Below, one piece after another: positions 40,208-52,559 of a stretch of DNA of 64,000 nucleotides. Source of the DNA: Octopus sinensis (Eukaryota); assembly GCF_006345805.1 (NCBI RefSeq), contig NC_043003.1, positions 16,554,001 through 16,618,000 on the forward strand, written 5' to 3'. Under the pieces are notes generated by a model. It was not told the origin of the DNA. It saw only the letters and a program-made list of their open reading frames with translations, and did no database searches. Both the position numbers and the translations under genes were made by a program. The number at the start of each line of letters is the position of its first letter. Within the stretch, counting starts at the first letter, position 1.

Positions 40208-40723
40208 CCGTAAATCTTTGAGTCCGCCCTTGAGTATAATACGCAGGGAATTTTTAGGGGGCTGTACTTCTGAAAAACCTAAACCTTGTGTATAATACGC
40301 ATCCCTTCTCTAACTTGAGTCGTACGTAGTTAAGCCAGCAGCACCTAGTCGAACAAAAAATTTCGCGCGTGCGTAATAGAATAATGGTGATGTTCTTAAC
40401 TGTTATATGGGAATGTAAATGTGTTTGCAAATTGTTTTTGTTGTATGTTATTCTGTGTTCTGAATACTTTTATTTTAATAAATGTTGCTTACTGTAAGTT
40501 ATGGATGATTCTTTTATGACTTCATTGCTTTCAAGCTTAGCTTAAGGTATTTCCGCACCTGACATCACAAAATGCGTCTGAATAAACATTGCCAGACAGC
40601 AAATAGAGACTCGGACATTGCTTGGAAAATATTTTTCATTTTTAACCTTGTATATAGTACGCACTAGGGATTTTGACCTTTAAAGTTTGGGAAAAAATGT
40701 GGATTATACTCGAGGATTTACGG
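40208..40723. mobile_element. Tc2/pogo-group MITE, second copy
   Basis: Collinear with 24585-25104; flanking TA. Confidence 0.85.
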
Positions 40724-41728
40724 TATATATTTCAAAATTGTCACCTTTTCGACAATTTAAAAAAAAATCTATTTAGTTCACTTGTGCATCGAACCCCCTA
40801 CTGCATTTTTTTTTGCTATTATTCGCATGGCCTTGGAAAAACTTTCTGAAGTCCTTACTTTATTTGACCAGCCTCCCGTGTTTTTGAACTGTCTGTTCAA
40901 TCTCCTGTGATGTGTTGGTGACCGCTGACATCTGAAGAACCAAAACAAACCCTGACATCATAACCTCTTGACACCTGACAATCCCGTGGAGTTTCATTAT
41001 TTTTCCGTCACTATTATATTCAGTTGTTGTAATTTTCATACATAATGACATTGTTTCTGAAACATGAAATTAATGAATGTAGAATGCAATTATTTATAAT
41101 ACAACTAATGAAATATTTTGCGTAATATAAGAGAAATAAATTTAAAATTATTTGTAATGTGTTACGGAGCATTTTTTATGTGTTCGCTCCTCCTAACTTA
41201 AGAACCTGGTTCCGCTTCTGAGTGGAATATATTTGAAGTTAAACTGTGCGCTAGTCCGTCAAAGAAAACGTACCTGTTCTTGAATAGAAACCTTAATCTA
41301 TCGCCCGGTTTAACGCCACTACTTGGTTGTTGTTGTTGTTGTTGTTGTTGTTAAGCAACAAGACGGGTAAGGGTGATTAGGTGATGGTCTAGGGCTTAGG
41401 GGCGGGAGACCCCAGACCTTGGAAAAAAAAAAACTTTGGTTGTCTTGCTGTAGTTGAGGGCTCTTCGTTGACGCCCGACACCACTGGGAGGTGGCCCTCG
41501 AAGTCGCTGGAAATGGAGATCTCCAGGTCAAAATTCTTGAACGGCACTACTTGGTTCTTGTATGTCTTTAGCAGAATGCTCTTTTTTGCAATAGTTCCAA
41601 ACCGGAGGGTCTGCAGACCTCCTCGGGGTCCAAAAACATCGTAATTGGGATCCTTGTGCTCTGTTCAATATTTTTAAAAGCTAAGGCGAGGAACTGGCAA
41701 GATTTTATGTAAGGTATGTATGTATGCA

Positions 41729-42293
41729 CAGGGTAACGCCCCCCCCCCCCAAAAAAAACCCCAGAACCCATAAAGATTTTAATAAATCCTACAAAGGTCC
41801 ACAAAATATATTGAAATTTGCTGGACTTAAACTTCGGTCTGTGTACGATCATCCCCTTTGCATAAAAGTCATGTTCTTTTCAAAATATGCTCCAAATGAC
41901 ATACGTCGCGCAAAATTGCCAATTACTCGAACACATCCTTCTTTGGGGATTTCCCTGATTTCTTCTGTGATTGCTGCCTTTAGTTCAGCAATCGTTTGAG
42001 GGTTGTTCTGGTAAACATTATCCTTGAGATACCTCAACAGATAAAAATCTGGGGAGGGGTGGGGTGGGGTTCAAATCCGGTGAATGCGGTGCCCACTTAA
42101 CGCCACACTTGCTGCTGATCAGTCTCTCCTGAAATCACTCTCTCAGCCAGGCTAGGGAGTCATTTGATGCGTGGGGGATGGCCCCGTCTTGCTGGAACCA
42201 CTTTTCATCTCGATCTATTCCGCTGCGTCGTTTTATTCAAATAGTTTTATTCTAAGGTTTGTAGGTTCAGTTTTTTTGTTGGGGGTCATCCTG
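41729..42293 (-). mobile_element. Internally deleted Tc1/mariner element (rosa/DD41D-like)
   Basis: Minus strand reads WFQQDGAIPHASNDSLAWLRE*FQERLIS..WAPHSPDLNP..YLKDNVYQNNPQTIAELKAAI; imperfect TIRs cagg(g/a)t..ccc..aaaaaaac.gaacc. Confidence 0.8.
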
Positions 42294-42839
42294 TATGTAT
42301 GTAGTATGTATGTATGTATGTATGTATGTATGTATGTATGTATGTATGTATGTATGTATGTATGTATGTGAGAGAGAAGCAGTAAAGATAAGAGGGCGAC
42401 CAGTGACTCGAAATTGATTGATGAGATCTGAGTTGCTAAGTGATAGATAGATTGGCATCATTGCATTAATTAGTCTGTATGCTTCCGTAATATCATGATA
42501 TATTTCAATAATGAACTTAAGTAACGGACTGCAATATTTGCTTTCATTAGTCTATCAATCAGTGATATAATCATAGATCCATATAATTAGCTTTAGGTAG
42601 GGTTGCTGTCAAATACTATTTAACAGAAAGCAGTTTTGAGCATTATATATATATATATATATATATAGGTAAACAGTAACATTAATTACAGACATGGACA
42701 AGAACATGAAACACCACAGAGACGACACAAGAACCACAGGACGGGACATTCGAAGCCCTCAGTCATCAGTATATATATATATATATATTATATATATATA
42801 TACATACATATAATTACTCCCAGACACGCTTCTCTCTAT

Positions 42840-42897
<58 letters not shown>

Positions 42898-43277
42898 CGT
42901 CAGTGAATATTATATGCATCGTTCATAGGTTTCAGTTATTACATGATGTTCAATCAATTATTTATAAACAATGAAACAGTTTAGCAAATATAAGGTAAAT
43001 TGCAATTGAAGTTGAGAGCATTCGAGATTAGATTCAAATAGAGAGATAGAAACGCAACACAGCTTCTATTCTTTATCTACTCGTAGTGGCTACTTCGAAT
43101 TAGAGAAGCATATATTTAATAACTCATCAAGCTTCACTGTGACAGGGATGCTGACAATCTGGTGACCTCGATGGCGATAATGAATCCAAATGCTGCACTG
43201 AGATAAATTCTACAAATCATCATGTTTTCATATGTCTACTCGATGTTCATCATGACCAAAGATATTCTACAATTTAT

Positions 43278-43510
43278 AAGGCGGCGAGCTGGCAGAAACG
43301 TTAGCACGCCGGGCGAAATGCTTAGCGGTATTTCGTCTGCCGTTACGTTCTGAGTTCAAATTCCGCCGAGGTCGACTTTGCCTTTCATCCTTTCGGGGTC
43401 GATTGAATAAGTACCAGTTACGCACTGGGGTCGATATAATCGAGTTAATCCGTTTGTCTGTCCTTGTTTGTCCCCTCTGCGTGTAGCCCCTTGTGGGTAG
43501 TAAAGAAAGA
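43278..43510 (+). mobile_element. SINE family A, consensus-like monomer
   Basis: Complete head and one body unit. Confidence 0.9.
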
Positions 43511-43904
43511 AGAATCTGTGTGGTAGCTCGTCATTAATACATGTCTGTGTGTGCGTATGTGTGATGTGTCTAAGTTTACTTGTCCCTTATCACTTAATAA
43601 CCACTGTCGGATTATTTACTTCACCGTAACGTAGCTGTTTGATAATGGAAATTGATAAATTAAATAGCAGACATTAAAATATTTGTACTGGGATCTATTT
43701 GTTTGATTAAAAACCATGCCCTTCAATGCAGTACCCCAGCGTGACAACAGTTCAGTAACAGAAACAAGACAACGATAAAAGAATCGAAATCTTTAGTCTT
43801 GAATTGGTAACGTTTCCAAACCAAATTCTCTTCAATGTACAGAATATCGCTAGTTTTCTCTTTAGATTTTTCTTTCACCCTCTGACCTTTTCTCGATATG
43901 TATT

Positions 43905-44335
43905 GGTTTCAAATTTTGGCACAAGGCAAGCAATTTTAGGGGAGGGGTAAGTCAATTACATCGACTCCAGTGTTCAACTGATACTTATTTTATCGGCCCC
44001 GAAACGATGAAAGGCAAACTCGACCTCGATGGAATTTGAACTCAGATCGTAAAAACGGGTGAAATGTCGCTAAGCATTTTGCCTGCTGTATTAACGATTA
44101 TGCGATCTTGCCGCCTCATTCTTTTCTACTGTAGGTACAAGGCCCGAAATTTTGGGAGGGGGCGTCAGTCGATTAGTTCGACCCTAGTACGCAACTGGTA
44201 CTTAATTTATCGACCCCGAAAGGATGAAAGGCAAAGTCGACCTCGGCGGAATTTGAACTCAGAACGTAAAGACAGACGAAATATCGCTAAGCTTTTCGCC
44301 CGGCGTGCTAACGTTTCTGCCAGCTCGCCGCCTTA
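43905..44335 (-). mobile_element. Two adjacent SINE family A copies with alternative tails
   Basis: On the minus strand 43905-44115 ends cttgtgccaaaatttgaaacc and 44122-44335 ends ccttgtacctacagtagaaaag. Confidence 0.8.
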
Positions 44336-45589
44336 TTTCCTCATTATATATTGAACACATGAAGTAAAAAATAAATTACGTATTATTTTAAGATAGGGGC
44401 AACCATGGCTGTATTGTTAAAACATTCATTTTGCCAAACGTGGCTTCGAGTACCATCCTGCGATGCGACACCTTAGACAAGTGTCTTCTGCTATGGCCCC
44501 GGGCTGATGCCTTACGAATGAATGTGGAAACCCGACGTAAGCGCACGCCCACACACACACACTCACATGCGTGTATATGTGTGTACGTGTCTCTGTGTTT
44601 GCGTTTGTCCCCTACACACACAAAGAGATTGACTACCGGTGTTGGTTAATTTACGTGCCCGTAACTTAGCGGTTCGGTTAAAAGACTGAGTAAGAATAAA
44701 TAATCACCAGAGTTAAAAAATATGAACATGGGTCGATCTGTTCAACAAAAATCATTCAATCCGGTGCCCCAGCATGGCCGCAGTCCAATGACTAACACAA
44801 GTAAACAGCAAAGCATTTAAAAAGATTATTGATCAGTAAAAAAAAAATACAATATTCGTTCACAACGTTATTACTAATTTTCTAATCTTAGCATGGTCTA
44901 ATTTTATGACTGTTAATATATGCATTAACACACACACACACATATATATGATTAGAAGGATCAGATCTATTCGGTAAAGAAATATAGAAATAAAAACTAT
45001 ATAATATTGTCGATGCTTCACGACAGTTTATATTGAGGAAAAGCTAAGAAAGCAATGAAATGTGTAGGATGATAGAGCACGGCCTTCTGTCATGCGTAAA
45101 TTTTTCTGATTGTTAGAATACTTTAACCAATTCCATCTTCACACATACACACACACACATACATTTTCCTAAATTTTCTTTCAACTACAGTATCGGGATT
45201 ATTGGCTTAAGATCAATTACAAAATCCCTTGTTAATGTCTGTGAGAACGCAGGAACCCACATACGCTCCTACGCTTTCTCGCAACTCACAAACATTATCA
45301 ACAACGGCCGAGAAAACGTTTTTGACTGGTTGATGTAATTAAAATTATTCCTACACGTGAAGCCTATTAGAATGGTAATATTGAATAATTTTGTTTGTTT
45401 GTTTGTTTGTTTTATTTTCGGATATTTGCATTGAGCACTCACGAAACAAACATGACGAACTGCATAAGATTTCATTGATAAGCTACAGCTTTTTTTTTTT
45501 TTTTTGCTTTTTTAGCTTTAATTATTTATTTATTTATTTATTTAGTTTTTTTTTTTTTCAGAAAATAGCTAACGTTGAAATTTCGAATG

Positions 45590-45752
45590 ATATCATCATC
45601 GCCACCACCACCACCACCACCATCATCGCCATCATCATCATCATCATCACCATCATCATTACCATCATCATCACCATCATCACCATCATCATCATCATCA
45701 TCACCATCACCATCATCATCATCATCATCATTACCGTCGTCATCATCTTCGT

Positions 45753-45789
<37 letters not shown>

Positions 45790-46167
45790 GCCACCGCCAC
45801 CAGCACCACCATCATCACCATCATCATTACCATCATCATCATCATCATCATCATCATCATTACCATCATTACCATCATCACCATCACCATCATCACCATC
45901 ATCACCATCATCATTACCATCATCACTATCATCACCATCATTACCATAATCATCATCATCATCATCATCATCACCATCACCATCATCATCATCATCATCA
46001 TTACCGTCGTCATCATCTTCGTAATCATCATCATCATCATCATCATCATCGCCACTGCCACCACCATCATCACCATCATCATTACCATCATCATCATCAT
46101 CATCATCATCATCATTACCATCATTACCATCATCACCATCATCATTACCATCATCACTATCACCACC

Positions 46168-46239
<72 letters not shown>

Positions 46240-46340
46240 CACCATCATCATCATCACCATCATCATCACCATCATCATTGCCACCGCCACCGCCACCACC
46301 ACCACCACCACCACCTTCGTCGTCAGCATCATCATCGTCA
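45590..46340. repeat. Degenerate (CAT/CAC)n trinucleotide array with a 270-bp higher-order duplication
   Basis: The marker ttaccgtcgtcatcatcttcgtaatc occurs at 45731 and 46001. Confidence 0.9.
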
Positions 46341-46460
46341 GGTAAAGAACCACGAGAGTGATAATAAAAGACAATCGGATAGGACGTAAATTCGTGGTCA
46401 CTAGTGACTTTTATGTCACAGCACAAGAGATGGTCAATGTAGGGTTGCCGAAAATTGAGT

Positions 46461-46780
46461 GAGGGCGCGTGGCTTAGTGGTTAGGGCATTCGGCTCATGA
46501 TCGTAAGGTTGTGAGTTCGATTCCCGGCGACGCGTTGTGTCCTTGAGCAAGACACTTTATTTCACGTTGCTCCAGTCCACTCAGCTGGCAAAAATGAGTT
46601 GTACTTGTATTTCAAAGGGTCAGCCTTGTCACTCTCTGTGTCACGCTGATTATCCCCGAGAACTACGTTAAGGGTACACGTGTCTGTGGAATGCTCAGCC
46701 ATTTGCACGTTAATTTCACGAGCAAGCTGTTCCGTTGATCGTATCAGCTGGGACCCTCGTCGTCGTAACCGGCGGAGTCT
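46461..46780 (+). mobile_element. SINE family B
   Basis: Full length; ccgaaaattga is repeated on both flanks (46448-46458 and 46785-46795). Confidence 0.9.
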
Positions 46781-46945
46781 TTAACCGAAAATTGACCAAT
46801 AGTCAAAAGGCTTCAACATGGATTTCCTAATTCTAATGACCCAAGGAAGCCACAGAGCCATACCGGAAGTGTGCCTTCTACATGTCACGGAGTCAAAAAG
46901 CGTGAGAGAGATTGTACAGTATAGAGAGATTATTTATTACATATA

Positions 46946-47440
46946 CTCTTTACTCCTTTACCTGTTTCAGTCATTTGAATGCGGCCATGCTGGAGCACTG
47001 CTTTTAGTCGAGCAAATCGACCCCAGGACTTATTCTTTGTAAGCCTAGTACTTATTCTATCGGTCTCTTTTGCCGAACCGCTAGGTTACGGGGACGTAAA
47101 CACACCAGCATCGGTTGTCAAGCGATGTTGGGGGGACAAACACAGACACACAAACGTACACACATACATATACATATATACGACGGTCTTCTTTCAGTTT
47201 CCGTCTACCAAACATATACACACACATATACACACACATACATATATACATATATATACACATATATACATAGATAACGGGCTTCTTTCGGTTTCCGTCT
47301 ACCAAATCCACTCACAAGGCTTTGGTCGGCATGAGGCTATAGCAGAAGACACTTGCCCGAGGTGCCACGCAGTGGGACTGAACCTGGAACCATGTGGTAG
47401 GTAAGCAAGCTACTTACCACACAGCCACTCCAACGCCTAT
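46946..47440 (-). mobile_element. SINE family C with an internal partial duplication
   Basis: cttctttc.gtttccgtctaccaaa occurs twice, separated by CA/TA tracts. Confidence 0.85.
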
Positions 47441-47940
47441 TACAGATAAAAATATGAAAGGGAAAAAAAGAGGTGAAAATCAGCCAAATTGTTAATAGGC
47501 AAAATGATGCATCTCTGGTGCAGCGTATTTTGCGAAGCACTTATAATGATAGAAAGCTAGTTAGCTTCAAAATATCAATACTATGCACAAGATAGAATAC
47601 AAGTAAATTAAAACTAAGATACTGAATTTAAGAGATTACCTTTGAGAATGTTATTTCTTTTCAATATGAAATGTCTTTCAAAAGTGCTAGCAGGTGTATT
47701 CGATTGCACCCGAACACAATTAGGAGAATTTTTAATTGAATAGAAACGCATGGTGCTCTAACTCAATCTAACGACTAATTTTCCATATTTTATTTCTTTC
47801 AATTATATCGTTTTAATTATTGTATTTCACTGAACATTTCAAAATTATTTCTGTGCAGAAGACATGTGTGGTTGCGTCTATACATATATGTACATGCATA
47901 TGTCTCTCTCTCTCTCTTCTATGTATATATATATACATAT

Positions 47941-47987
<47 letters not shown>

Positions 47988-48078
47988 GATATATATATAT
48001 ATATATATATATGGTGTAAACGTAAGATAACACAAGAAGAAAGAGACCTCAATATTATGTAAATAGAGGAATTTATCT

Positions 48079-48255
48079 ATAAAATAATATGTTACATTAC
48101 TCGATAGTCAAGATAAAACTCTGAGTTTCAGATGCCGAAGTGGGAATCCACAACGCCATCTCTTCGGTTATCTAACCGAAGAGATGGCGTTGTGGATTCC
48201 CCTTCGGCATCTGAAACTCAGAGTTTTATCTTGACTATCGAGTAATGTAACATAT

Positions 48256-48263
<8 letters not shown>
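48079..48263. repeat. Near-perfect palindrome: 92/91-bp arms with a 2-nt loop
   Basis: Centre ttcggtta-TC-taaccgaa; the arms differ only by one indel. Confidence 0.95.
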
Positions 48264-48332
<69 letters not shown>

Positions 48333-48352
48333 CATACATATATATACATGTG

Positions 48353-48396
<44 letters not shown>

Positions 48397-48714
48397 GGAA
48401 GAGAGAAGTAGTACACATGTATGTATATGCATGCATGTACATGCAGATAGGTATATATATATATGCATGCCTGTGAATGTATGTAGGTATATATCTGAGT
48501 AAGTGTGCACTTGAAAATGTCTTAATTCGGCCTTCCATATTTCTTCAACATCTTTTACTCCTCCTTTCATATTTGTAAACGTATATTTTTTTCCCATTCC
48601 ACGTTATCCCCACCTTCTTTGTAACTCCTTGTGAATGTTTACTATTTTTGCTATTATTTCGAGCCCATGTGGCTATTAAAGCAATTATTATTATCATTAT
48701 TATTATTACAGAGA

Positions 48715-49100
48715 TGTACTTGCGTAGCAAGTGACTTGATCTGAGATTGTGTGTTGAAACAAAAACATTTGCAGTGTAGAAGGTGTTTATAAGCCATTTA
48801 AAAGCACACATACACAAAAAAAAAACCGTTTGATTCACTTCAACATTTACATTTAATTTGTCAAAATATTTTCGTTGTTTTGAAACCGTGACCTGTTCAC
48901 TGACAAAATTCTGTGCTGCATCTGGAAGGAATTTTGTCAGTGAACAGGTCACGGTTTCAAACCGACTAAACTATTTTTACAGTATTAATATTTAAATATT
49001 TAATATTGAAATATTTAAATGTTGAAGTGAATCTAACGGTTTTTGTGTTTTTTTTTTAAATGGCTTATAAACACCTTCCACGCTGCAATTGTTGTTACTC
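48715..49100. mobile_element. Foldback PLE-like pseudo-LTR pair with G3:C8 hammerhead-like motifs
   Basis: Perfect 32-bp inner inverted repeat (48880-48911 and 48929-48960) within arms of about 150 bp; same family as about 54690-54815. Confidence 0.7.
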
Positions 49101-49124
49101 ATTATTATTATCATTTTTTATATA

Positions 49125-49912
49125 AGGCGGTGTGCTGGTAGAATCGTTAGCACACCGGGCGAAATGCGTAGCCGTATTTCGTCTGCCGTTACGTTCTGAG
49201 TTCAAATTCCGCCGAGGTCGACTTTGCCTTTCATCCTTTCGGGGTCGATAAATTAAGTACCAGTTACGCACTGGAGTCGATGTAATCGACTTAATACCTA
49301 TGTCTGTCCTTGTTTGTCCGCTCTGTGTTTAGCCCCTCGTGGGTAATAAAGAAATAGGTATTTCGTCTGCCGCTACGTTCTGAGTTCAAATTCCGCCGAG
49401 GTCGACTTTGCCTTTCATCCTTTCGTTCTCGATTAAATAAGTACCAGTTACGCACTGGGATCGATATAATCGACTTAATCCGTTTGTCTGTCCTTGTTTG
49501 TCCCCTCTGCGTGTAGCCCCTTGTGGGCAGTAAAGAAATGGGTATTTCGCCCGTCGCTACGTTTTGAGTTCAAATTGCACCGAGGTTGACTTTGCCTTTC
49601 ATCCTTTCGGGATCGATAAATGAAGCACCACTGAAACACTGGGATCAATGTTATCGACTACCCTACTCCCCCATAATTTCATACTTTGTGCCTATAGTAG
49701 AAAGGATTATTATTATTAGAGTGCCAGACAGCATGTTTTGCGGCAATTCTTGCGACTGTTTACGTTCTGAGTTCAGATTCTGCCGAGGTCGACTTTGCCT
49801 TTCATCCTTTCAGGATCGATAATTTAAAAACCAGAGAAACACTTGGATCGATGAAATAGATCCATCCTTTCCGCCAAAATTGCTACCGTTGTGGCAAAAT
49901 TTGAAACCATTA
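49125..49912 (+). mobile_element. SINE family A trimer (184-bp period) followed by another family A copy
   Basis: Units start at 49174, 49358 and 49542. Confidence 0.9.
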
Positions 49913-49920
49913 TTATTATT

Positions 49921-49963
<43 letters not shown>

Positions 49964-49964
<1 letters not shown>

Positions 49965-50648
49965 TCAGTAGTTTAATTTTTATAGCGTGCTTTCACTTCA
50001 CTACCGAGCTCAGCTCTGTGTGCCTTGGGTATGTGCTGTGATTTGTTGTGATGCTCTGATTGTTACTGTATTGAAAGTGTTCTGCGTAGGATGTGTGCAG
50101 TGCCTAGTAGTGCAATTTTCTGTATGCTATATGTGTTTGTAAGTCCTGGTGTTTTTGTTATGCATTTGTCTGAATATTTTTTTATCATGCCTAATGCACC
50201 TACTATGATAAGAATTGTTTCTGTTTTTAGATTCCACATTCTAGTTACCTCTATTTCCAGGTCTTTATATTTTGAAAGTTTCTCCATTTCTTTTAGAGAC
50301 ACGTTGTCATCTGCTGGTATTGATACATCAATTAGAAAGCATTTTTTTCTTCATGATCTCTGACAACTATATCTGGTGTGTTGGCCTTAATTTCTCTATC
50401 TGTGTGTATTGGCATATCCCAGAGTATGGTTGCTTTCTCGTTTTCTATAACCTTTTCTGGTGTGTGCCTATACCATCTTTTTTCTGTTGTTATTCCATAA
50501 TGTTAGCATAGCTTCCAGTGTATGTAGGTCCCAACTCTGTCGTGTCTGTGAATATATTTCTTCTTAGCCAGGACTGGGCAGCCAGAGATAATATGATTTA
50601 TTGTTTCTTGTCCATCTCCACATATTCTGCAGTTACTTGTTATATTTC
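49964..50648 (-). mobile_element. R4/Dong-like non-LTR retrotransposon, 5'-truncated (CCHC knuckle plus restriction-like endonuclease)
   Basis: CRICGDGQETINHIISGC..RHDRV..IHWKLC*..WYRHTPEKV..ILWD..IKANTPDIVV..FLIDVSIP..EKLSKYKDL..IIVGALG; tail (ATG)n(AAT)n. Confidence 0.9.
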
Positions 50649-50688
50649 TTTTCTTCTTCTTCTTCTTCTTCTTCTTATTATTATTATT

Positions 50689-50905
50689 GAGTGTGAGAGC
50701 AGTGACACTGGGATAAAATATACGAAGGCCAGTATACCCATCATGACTACCTGACTGATAAGGGTGCACCAGGCACATGTATTACAACCGTATGCGCGCG
50801 ACATTGTGATCTCATATCAAGATAAACATCGCATGACCTTGCAGCTGGAGCCCAGTTAGAATTTTCTTCAGGTCGAATAGCTCATCCCGCTCAAAAGCTC
50901 CCTAT
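50689..50905 (-). mobile_element. Family D 3' fragment bounded by (AAT)n
   Basis: Reverse complement of the family D 3' end ending ctctcacactc(AAT)n. Confidence 0.85.
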
Positions 50906-50932
50906 CATTATTATTATTATTATTGTTATTAC

Positions 50933-50971
<39 letters not shown>

Positions 50972-50977
50972 GATACA

Positions 50978-51027
<50 letters not shown>

Positions 51028-51028
<1 letters not shown>

Positions 51029-51195
51029 CTTTCTTTGACTATTACCTACATAGGAGTCTATATCTACTCTAGCTAACTCCACGCAGTCTTCTACTAATAT
51101 TAACCCTCTTCCATCTTTCCTTCTAGGTAGGTATAATCCTGCTGCTCCTGCCACTGAGTGGAGTCTTCCATTCATATTGAACTTCTTACTGAATT
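51028..51195 (-). mobile_element. R4/R2-type reverse transcriptase thumb fragment
   Basis: LYLPRRKDGRGLILVEDCVEL (LYLPR..GGRGL motif), between AAT/ATT tracts. Confidence 0.7.
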
Positions 51196-51220
51196 ATCAT
51201 CATCATCATTATCATTATTA

Positions 51221-51258
<38 letters not shown>

Positions 51259-51493
51259 TTGCAGAAATCGTTGGCACGCCGGGCAAAATGCTAAACAGCA
51301 TTTCGTCTATCTCTATGTTTTGAGTCCAAATTTTGCCGAGGTCGAGTTTACCTTTCATCCTTTCGGGGCCGATAAAATAAGTACCAGCTGAGCACTGGGG
51401 TTGAGGTAATCGACTTACTCCCTCCCCGTAAACTGCTAGCCTTGTGCCAAAATTTGAAATCATCATCACATCATCATCATCATCACATCTATC

Positions 51494-51532
<39 letters not shown>

Positions 51533-52559
51533 TAGTATTTGTATCATTATTATTACTAGTATTTGTATCATTATTATTATCATTCATCTTACTACTGAAT
51601 TGTTTTGCCTTATCTCGTTGTGTACCCTTCAAATATTTTTGAGCTGTGACGCTGTCACTAATATATGACAAAGAATTAATAAAACAAACACCGAAAGCTA
51701 CTAGAGAGAGCTTTTTCATCTTCCAACTGAAACAAGCAGACGATATCTGATCTTTGATGAGAAACTGCAGCTGTATAAAAACAAATACTGTCTGATTTTA
51801 TTATTCAGCTTTGAATAACATTCCGACTAATGAGTCTATGTTGTGTGTGTGGTTGTGATGTTATTTCTTTATTCGTGTGTGGTTGTGATGTCTACAATAC
51901 TGGGATAGCATGAAGGATATTTACTGTATTGATTTATGTAACTGGTCGTTGTGAGGTCAATTCCCGCTGTCATTGATTTTTGCATTTTATCAATCCACAA
52001 TCGATAAACTAAGTATTTGCATTTTTTTTAAACGCTGCGGTGACATCAACGATTGTTATCTATTTATGGTTAGTTGATGTGGGCCGATGAGGATTAGTAG
52101 ACCTATAAGGGCAGTGAATCTCAGGAAAAATAAATGTGCCTCGGTTTTTTTTAAAACAAAGTGGGAATAATGTGTACTTTAAGAAACAACTGAAGCCGTG
52201 AATATGAGATAATGCATTTCCAACAGACAATAAAATCGTAAAGTATAAGTGAAAATCCGTATATGGGGTAAACTATATACGAATAAATTAATAATGTACT
52301 TGCTTGTTGCATATATAATGATTATTATTATTAATGCAGTAAGCTGACAGGATCGTTCGCCTTAATCGATGTCGACGCTTATTCGTGTCTCATCAGAAGT
52401 GTTTTCATCACTTAACCTAGACTAGAGAAAGAAGTAGGCAATTTATTTATATACACATGAAATCTGGTTGCTGTAGAGGACAGGAGTCACTAATTTGCAT
52501 GCAAAAACTGTTGAACAATATTTAAAGAATATAAGTGACCTGTCAGTCATTACTACAAG

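Noticed and set aside
42668-42771. Hammerhead at the minus-strand CTGATGA (42763-42769)
   Set aside because: No stem II can be drawn, GAAA is GAAT, and the upstream stem I is replaced by (TA)n. Probably a PLE remnant.
45391-46401. 332-, 287- and 203-aa poly-Ile/His, poly-Asp/Gly and poly-Met ORFs
   Set aside because: All arise from one (CAT)n array, open on both strands, with no domain or splice context.
46461-46535. tRNA genes at SINE heads (families A, B, C, E)
   Set aside because: A and B boxes are present but run straight into SINE bodies without a complete acceptor stem.
52080-52125. CCGATGA hammerhead-like start
   Set aside because: No properly placed GAAA, stem III or stem I.
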